From: an uncultured Chloroflexia bacterium
Lineage (GTDB): Bacteria; Chloroflexota; Chloroflexia; QHBQ01; JADMIH01
DNA length: 64,000 bases
Reading direction: 5' to 3'
NCBI GenBank assembly: GCA_963797095.1
Contig: CAWCNY010000002.1
Coordinates: 928,001 to 992,000 of the forward strand
Shown here: in pieces, positions 58,617 to 64,000 of the stretch
Layout of the letters: each line of letters begins with the position of its first letter
Position numbering within the stretch: the stretch's first letter is position 1
Notes under the pieces: model-generated
Database searches by the model: none
Told to the model about the DNA's origin: nothing
What the model saw: only the letters and a program-made list of their open reading frames with translations
Program-made: the position numbers and the translations under genes

Positions 58617-59585
58617 TCAAGCCGTCATTTGTCCATTGTCCCGGATCCCCATCACTACCCCAAACAGCCCACAATCCCCTCTCTCGACCCGGTGCGAATA
58701 GAACAGGTGCAGGTTGTGCCCTGTGCACACCTCCTCCACCGTCACATTAGCTCCCGGGATACCGGCCTCCACGATAGCCCGGCGTACGCCCTCCCAAAGG
58801 TTGAAGTATGTGGTCCCATCTCGCTTCTCAAGCAAAGGCTTTGGCCCGTCCCATGCCCTGGCGAAAGCCTCCTCAGCCGCCTCGATCACGTTCTCCCCGA
58901 CAGCATAGCAACAGGGCCCGATCCCCGGCCCGACCACGGACACAATCTCGTGCGGATCGCATCCGAATTCACCAACCATCATCTCAACCACGTTCCCCGC
59001 GATCCGTCCCACAGTTCCCTTCCAACCCGAATGTGCCAACCCGACCACCCAACGCGCGGGATCGTAGAAGAACACGGGCGGGCAGTCAGCCGACAGCGCC
59101 ATCAGGTATAACCCTCGCACATCGGTTACCATCGCATCCGCGCCTTCTATACTGGGCAGCCCCGGACGCATTCCACTTCCGGCATCCTCGTTTCCCACTC
59201 GTACCACCACCGAGGTATGCATTTGCTGGCACCCAACTATCCTATCAAGCGAGATGCCCAATAGCTCGGCCAGCTTCTGACGGTTTCGCAGGGCCACCTC
59301 CGGGTTAGCCGGGTGCTCACGGCTCCCACGCTTCGCACTCAGGTTCCAATCCCCCCCGTCAGGTGCGGTCCGAGTAGTGATGGCGTGCAACAATTCAGGG
59401 TAGAGATCAAGCGCTCCCGCTTTCAAAACGCCCCTGTGGGCGTGAAGGTCGTGGTGCCCTTCTCCTGTTATTGCACAGCCACTACGGGTGGTCTTTCCTA
59501 TCGCATCCGCCGTAGGGGCGGGTTTCAAACCCGCCCCCACCTCTGGATCGCTATTCCCTGCCGGTAAGCTTGCGGTAGTAATCAT
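58617..59585 (-). CDS. pgeF: Peptidoglycan editing factor PgeF (YfiH)
   Basis: QMH, SADCPPV, AHSGWKG, GPGIGPCCY, FYSHR. Confidence 0.9.
   Translation of the reverse strand: MITTASLPAGNSDPEVGAGLKPAPTADAIGKTTRSGCAITGEGHHDLHAHRGVLKAGALDLYPELLHAITTRTAPDGGDWNLSAKRGSREHPANPEVALRNRQKLAELLGISLDRIVGCQQMHTSVVVRVGNEDAGSGMRPGLPSIEGADAMVTDVRGLYLMALSADCPPVFFYDPARWVVGLAHSGWKGTVGRIAGNVVEMMVGEFGCDPHEIVSVVGPGIGPCCYAVGENVIEAAEEAFARAWDGPKPLLEKRDGTTYFNLWEGVRRAIVEAGIPGANVTVEEVCTGHNLHLFYSHRVERGDCGLFGVVMGIRDNGQMTA
59512..59540. repeat. GTAG-type REP palindrome inside pgeF
   Basis: GTAGGGGCGGGTTT-C-AAACCCGCCCCCAC, encoding VGAGLKPAPT. Confidence 0.75.
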
Positions 59586-59610
59586 CGTCTTTGCCAGGAC
59601 CTCCGGCCTC

Positions 59611-60030
59611 TTAGTCTTCAGAGTCGGCTTGCTCTTCAACACCGTCTTCATACCCACTCCCGTCGTATTCTCCCGCTTCATCCTCTTCATCATCCGCGTA
59701 ATTGCTGTAGAAAGCCTGGTTAGTAACCGACGGGTAATACACCTCTATCCCGTACTCGCTGGGCACCCCTAACGCTTCGGACACTTCGCTCAGTATGGCG
59801 TCGATCACATCGTCCAACGTCTCCTCCGAACCGGCGGCATGCGTGGTGTTGTACCCCTTGGCATACTCCGCCCATATCAACAATGTGCCCACGATCTGGT
59901 CGCTCAGATAGTGCACTTCCAGCTTGCCCATGCTCACGGCAGCGTCGTTCTCGTCCAGGGTCTCGCCATCGAATATGGCAATCTCCTCAGATTGGGCGGT
60001 CCTCACCACTCGCTTCAACTTGAGGTTCAT
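59611..60030 (-). CDS. Hypothetical acidic protein
   Basis: AGGAG RBS; co-oriented within the pgeF-yggS-cca operon. Confidence 0.7.
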   Translation of the reverse strand: MNLKLKRVVRTAQSEEIAIFDGETLDENDAAVSMGKLEVHYLSDQIVGTLLIWAEYAKGYNTTHAAGSEETLDDVIDAILSEVSEALGVPSEYGIEVYYPSVTNQAFYSNYADDEEDEAGEYDGSGYEDGVEEQADSED

Positions 60031-60076
60031 AGCTCTCCTTCCCCTCAGATCGACTGCTTATTCCGTATCGTATCCT

Positions 60077-61786
60077 CTATTTCCCCACATCGCTAACCAC
60101 GCCCAGTATGATCTGGTCGATCACCTCTTCCACAGGTGCTCTATCATCCGTAAATACGTATCCATTTGGGTCAGGCTTTACCTCACGCATGTTGCCTTGT
60201 TCGAGGCTGGCCTTGAACACCTGCTGCAAGGTCGGATCGCTTATTCTTGCCGCGTTCTCCGCGAAGTTCTCAAGCCTGGTTGGCTGCTTGGTTCCGATCA
60301 CCATGCTGTTTGCCAGGGTCGGCACATCGATCACATACACGTTCGAAAATACCTGCAACATCGTATTCGCCAGTGCATCCACCAACCGTGTATCGTCCGC
60401 AGTTCTCCCCGCGTTGATCATCGCCACTCCATCAGGCGTCAGGTGTCCGCTCACCTCCTGAAAGAACTCCTTGGTCGTCAGGTGAAAGGGTATATAGGGC
60501 TGCCTGTACGCATCGATCCCCACCACAGTCCATCTCTTGTTCTTCCCATCGGTCTGCAGATAGGTTCGCCCGTCCTCCTCGTGCGTGGTTGCGTTCTTCA
60601 GCTTATCCATGCCGAAATACTGCTCCCCGATTGCCACGATCTCAGGGTCGATCTCCACTCCATCCACAGGCACGCCAGGATATACGGTATCGTACTGCCT
60701 CATAGCCGTACCCGCCGCCGACCCGATCATCGCCATTCCCTTCATATCAGACGGCGAGAAGTTCTTGTTGAAGTAGGGCGCGATCAGCCAGTAGTCCCAC
60801 GGCCCGCCCGTCAGCAAGTTGGCCGTATCGTAAATAGAATGCACGGCGTGCCCCTCGTTCAGCATCAGCATAGTGCGCGTGCCTTCCTGCACCACCTGGA
60901 TGTAGTTGTAAGCCGACTCTTTTTCGTAAATCAACTGCCCTCGCTGAGGCGGCTTGATAAGCCCGCCTTGCACAAAGAGCGCCAATCCAAGCACTACCAA
61001 CAACATACCAGCGTAAACTGCGGCAGGGCGCATAGCCCCCGTCACCACCAACCCCAATATCGAAAACACAAGCAGCACCACGCCGGCAGTGTATAGCGTG
61101 GCCGCCGTCCCGATATACGGTATAAGAAAGAACACCGGGATGAACGTTCCAAGGATGCTCCCTAGCGTCGAGAGCGCCGACACCCCGCCAGCCGTCATAC
61201 CGGCATGAGCCACGCCTACCGAGCGCAGCCTGATAGCGAATGGCGATACGAACCCCAGCAAGATCAACGGCACCGAGAAAAGTAGGATCACTCCCACAAG
61301 CGAGCTATAGAAGACGCCCACCGAATAGTCCGAGAACCCCTCCAGCGACCACGACAGGATGGGCCGCGAGAGCACCGGGATCAGCCCGACCGCGAATCCC
61401 GCCACGGCAGTAAGCCCGTACAGGAACGAGTGCCTGGGAAAGCGGTCGGCCAGCCTCCCGCCGAGCCAGTAGCCCAGCGTCAGATAGATCATCACCAGCC
61501 CGATAAGGTTGGCCCAGATAAAGAGCGAAGTCCCAAAATAGGGCGCGAGCAGCCGCGAAGCGCTCATCTCGACGGTCATCACCGATGCCCCGCCGAAGAA
61601 GACGAGCAACAAGAGCACGGTCCCCGTTACCCGCGAATGCGCCAACTGCTCCGCAGGGAGCACTCCGCGCTGCTGCGCAGGGAGCACCCCGCGCTGCTGG
61701 GCCCCAACTTGCTCCCCTGCATGCGCCTCTGCCGCTCCCGTTGTTCCCATCCCCGCCTGCGGACGATTGTCAGTGCTAGTCGCCAA
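60077..61786 (-). CDS. Fused MFS-like/spermidine synthase domain protein
   Basis: EMSASRLLAPYFGTS, ESAYNYI, VEIDP, EDGR, HLTTKEFF, FTDDRAPVE. Confidence 0.9.
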   Translation of the reverse strand: MATSTDNRPQAGMGTTGAAEAHAGEQVGAQQRGVLPAQQRGVLPAEQLAHSRVTGTVLLLLVFFGGASVMTVEMSASRLLAPYFGTSLFIWANLIGLVMIYLTLGYWLGGRLADRFPRHSFLYGLTAVAGFAVGLIPVLSRPILSWSLEGFSDYSVGVFYSSLVGVILLFSVPLILLGFVSPFAIRLRSVGVAHAGMTAGGVSALSTLGSILGTFIPVFFLIPYIGTAATLYTAGVVLLVFSILGLVVTGAMRPAAVYAGMLLVVLGLALFVQGGLIKPPQRGQLIYEKESAYNYIQVVQEGTRTMLMLNEGHAVHSIYDTANLLTGGPWDYWLIAPYFNKNFSPSDMKGMAMIGSAAGTAMRQYDTVYPGVPVDGVEIDPEIVAIGEQYFGMDKLKNATTHEEDGRTYLQTDGKNKRWTVVGIDAYRQPYIPFHLTTKEFFQEVSGHLTPDGVAMINAGRTADDTRLVDALANTMLQVFSNVYVIDVPTLANSMVIGTKQPTRLENFAENAARISDPTLQQVFKASLEQGNMREVKPDPNGYVFTDDRAPVEEVIDQIILGVVSDVGK

Positions 61787-61943
61787 CCCTTTGCTCCTGT
61801 ATAACGATACAGGGCAAGCCGCGCATGTTGCCCTGCCCGGTCATTATACAGTGAGGTCTAAAATACGGGCAAGCATCGCACCAAACCCGCTGCTACGCAG
61901 GGAGCACTCCGCGCTGCTACGCAGGGAGCACTCCGCGCTGCTA
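61652..61943. repeat. 24-bp repeat CGCAGGGAGCAC(T/C)CCGCGCTGCT(G/A): two copies in the CDS (61652-61699) and two intergenic (61896-61943)
   Basis: Read directly from the sequence. Confidence 0.85.
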
Positions 61944-61949
61944 CACCCC

Positions 61950-64000
61950 TCAAACGCCCAGCGTGCGGGTCGCCAGTTCGTCCGAGTGCATTATGGTTCT
62001 GTTGCGTCCCTTCCCCTTCGCCACATAAAGCGCCCGGTCTGCGGCAGCTATCAGGGCTTCCTGCGACTCCCCGTCGGCCGGCAGCGATGACACTCCTGCG
62101 CTGACCGTCACCCACAGGCTCAATGGTATTTCCTCATCCACCCATACTTCGCACGCCGTAGAGGCTACCAGCAAGCGCAGCCGCTCGGCAAACTCCCATG
62201 CATCGTGCGCGCTCAATTCGGGCACTATAACCGCGAACTCCTCACCCCCATAGCGTGCCACACAGTCCACCGAGCGTATCGTTTTACTCAAAATGCCCGA
62301 CAGCCACGCCAACACTGTATCACCTATCTGGTGGCCGTAAGTGTCATTCACGTGCTTGAAGTGGTCCAGGTCGAGCAGTATCAGCGACATCGATCCTCCA
62401 TAGCGCTTGCACCGGGCCACTTCATTACTCAAAAGCCGCATAAACTCACGCCTGTTATACAACTCGGTCAATTCATCCCGAATCGCAAGCTCATGCAATG
62501 CTTCCTCGGCGCGCTTGCGCTCCCTTATCTCCTGTTGCGCTACCTCATACAGCTGCGCGTTCTGCAGCGCCACCGAGGCCATCTGCGCAAATCGGCTCAG
62601 CAGCTCTACTTCTTCGGAATGTATCTGCTCTGAATTCCCTCCCGTGTGGGCCATCCCCAGCACCCCCATCACCTCCCCACCCGCTCTCAGAGGCACCTCT
62701 ACTATGGCCCGCATCTCCACAACATCCAGTTCCGGCAAGCGGTGCTCCCACCTGGTGTAATCCTCAATCACCATGGTTTTGTTATACTCCCACACCCGCC
62801 CGGCTAACCCTTCGCCATACTTCACCCGCACATCGCCGATACTCCCCAGGAAGCGGCCGTTGGCTGCCCTTATCATCATCGTCTGCTCGTCCGGCTCCAG
62901 CACATACAGAAACGTATCCGGTATGCCAAGCAGAGAGGCCGCATTGATCACTATGGCTTCCAGCAGCGATTGCGTATCCAAACCGTTGACCAGGCCAAGT
63001 GTGGTGTCGTTTAGCGCCGAAAGCTCTGCCTTTTGCTTTCGCAGTTGGGCCTCCACCCCCCGCGCCTCTGTCACATCGCGGCTGATACCGATCACCCCAA
63101 GCAACTCGCCATCGGTCGATAGATAGGGAAACTTGGCCGTATTGTAGATAAGGGTCTTCCCGTGGATGGATACGGGGCTTTCATAGGTCAGCAACCCCAC
63201 TTCAATCGCCTGCCTGTCTTTCTCTATGACCGCTCGACCCTTCTCCTCGCCGAACAGGTCTATATCATCCATGCCAACGATATCCTGGCTTGATAGACCA
63301 AATATGTTGGCCCCGGAGCTGTTGATCATGGTATAGCGGCCCTGCAGATCCTTTATGAATATAGGGTCAGCCGTGTTCTCGATTATGGCTTTGAACCTGT
63401 TTTCACTGGCGATGAGCGCTTGCTCGCTGCGCTGCTTGCCCCGCATTTCGCGACCGATGATGGTGTAGATGAGGGCTATGAAGGCCAGGCAGAAGGGCAC
63501 GGTAGCCAGCAGCCAACCCGTCCCTGTGGCGCTCGTGACCAACTCGTCGGACATAGCGTCCAGCCTGGAGTGCTCCACCGATTGCATGTGGGCAACCGCC
63601 GAGCGTATATCGTCCATCAGCGCCTTGCCCGTCCCCTGTACGATCTTTTCCTGCGCGGCCTCGAAGCTCACCTTGCGTCGCAGAGCAACTACATCGCGGC
63701 TGAAATCGAGTTTCTGTTCGATCTTGGGCTCAAGCTGTATAAGGTTGGCTAGCTGGGTTGGATCATCGCTGATCAAGGAGCGAAGGTGCTTCAGATGGCT
63801 ATCTACGGTGCTTATGGCGGTGTAGTATGGCTCAAGGTATGAATCATCGCCGGTAATGACATACCCGCGAGTGCCGGTCTCATTATCGGTTATCAGAGAG
63901 AGGGTGGTTCCAAGTTCATCGATTACGCTCTGAGCCTGCGCCATTTGACGGCGTATAGTTAGCTCCCTTTGATTGGCGGCATCGGCCATGATGCCCAGGG
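61950..64000 (-). CDS. Diguanylate cyclase (CHASE3-PAS-GAF-GGDEF); 5' end probably outside the window
   Basis: ETGTRGYVITGD...LEPY, IFIKDLQGRY, GEGLAG, DLDHFKHVNDTYGH, RYGGEEF. Confidence 0.92.
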   Translation of the reverse strand, partial: LGIMADAANQRELTIRRQMAQAQSVIDELGTTLSLITDNETGTRGYVITGDDSYLEPYYTAISTVDSHLKHLRSLISDDPTQLANLIQLEPKIEQKLDFSRDVVALRRKVSFEAAQEKIVQGTGKALMDDIRSAVAHMQSVEHSRLDAMSDELVTSATGTGWLLATVPFCLAFIALIYTIIGREMRGKQRSEQALIASENRFKAIIENTADPIFIKDLQGRYTMINSSGANIFGLSSQDIVGMDDIDLFGEEKGRAVIEKDRQAIEVGLLTYESPVSIHGKTLIYNTAKFPYLSTDGELLGVIGISRDVTEARGVEAQLRKQKAELSALNDTTLGLVNGLDTQSLLEAIVINAASLLGIPDTFLYVLEPDEQTMMIRAANGRFLGSIGDVRVKYGEGLAGRVWEYNKTMVIEDYTRWEHRLPELDVVEMRAIVEVPLRAGGEVMGVLGMAHTGGNSEQIHSEEVELLSRFAQMASVALQNAQLYEVAQQEIRERKRAEEALHELAIRDELTELYNRREFMRLLSNEVARCKRYGGSMSLILLDLDHFKHVNDTYGHQIGDTVLAWLSGILSKTIRSVDCVARYGGEEFAVIVPELSAHDAWEFAERLRLLVASTACEVWVDEEIPLSLWVTVSAGVSSLPADGESQEALIAAADRALYVAKGKGRNRTIMHSDELATRTLGV

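Noticed and set aside
58592-58620. Extended yggS N-terminus (NHRDTEARR)
   Set aside because: It derives from a short 9-bp-period repeat (CTCTGTGT/CTCCGTGC) in the spacer. The conserved YggS sequence starts at 58578.
61652-61943. Possible mini-CRISPR from the 24-bp repeats
   Set aside because: Copies are directly adjacent with no unique spacers.

Overview
This is a GC-rich bacterial chromosomal window, most likely from Chloroflexota. That assignment is an inference from the Cys-loop SLH proteins, LLM/F420-type oxidoreductases and apparently leaderless genes. Most of it is housekeeping and envelope genes: dinG-exonuclease, capA-like, SLH/BNR surface proteins, ABC-F, ndk, an ECF41 sigma operon, a large multidomain glycoside hydrolase, cca, yggS, pgeF and a diguanylate cyclase. 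It also carries two disrupted IS elements (IS256 and ISKra4-like) with exact target-site duplications, a MITE nested in a REP-like palindrome, and several short-repeat families, some inserted in-frame in genes. The most striking feature is a tandem array of cassettes at the 3' end of tRNA-Asp (~37.06-46.65 kb). Each cassette starts at a copy of the tRNA 3'-end core, which is read in-frame as 'GSDG' into a conserved HTH-containing protein tail. Each ends in a terminator hairpin and carries a STAND-type ATPase-TPR regulator as cargo. No integrase is present in the window. All calls come from reading motifs; no database searches were run.
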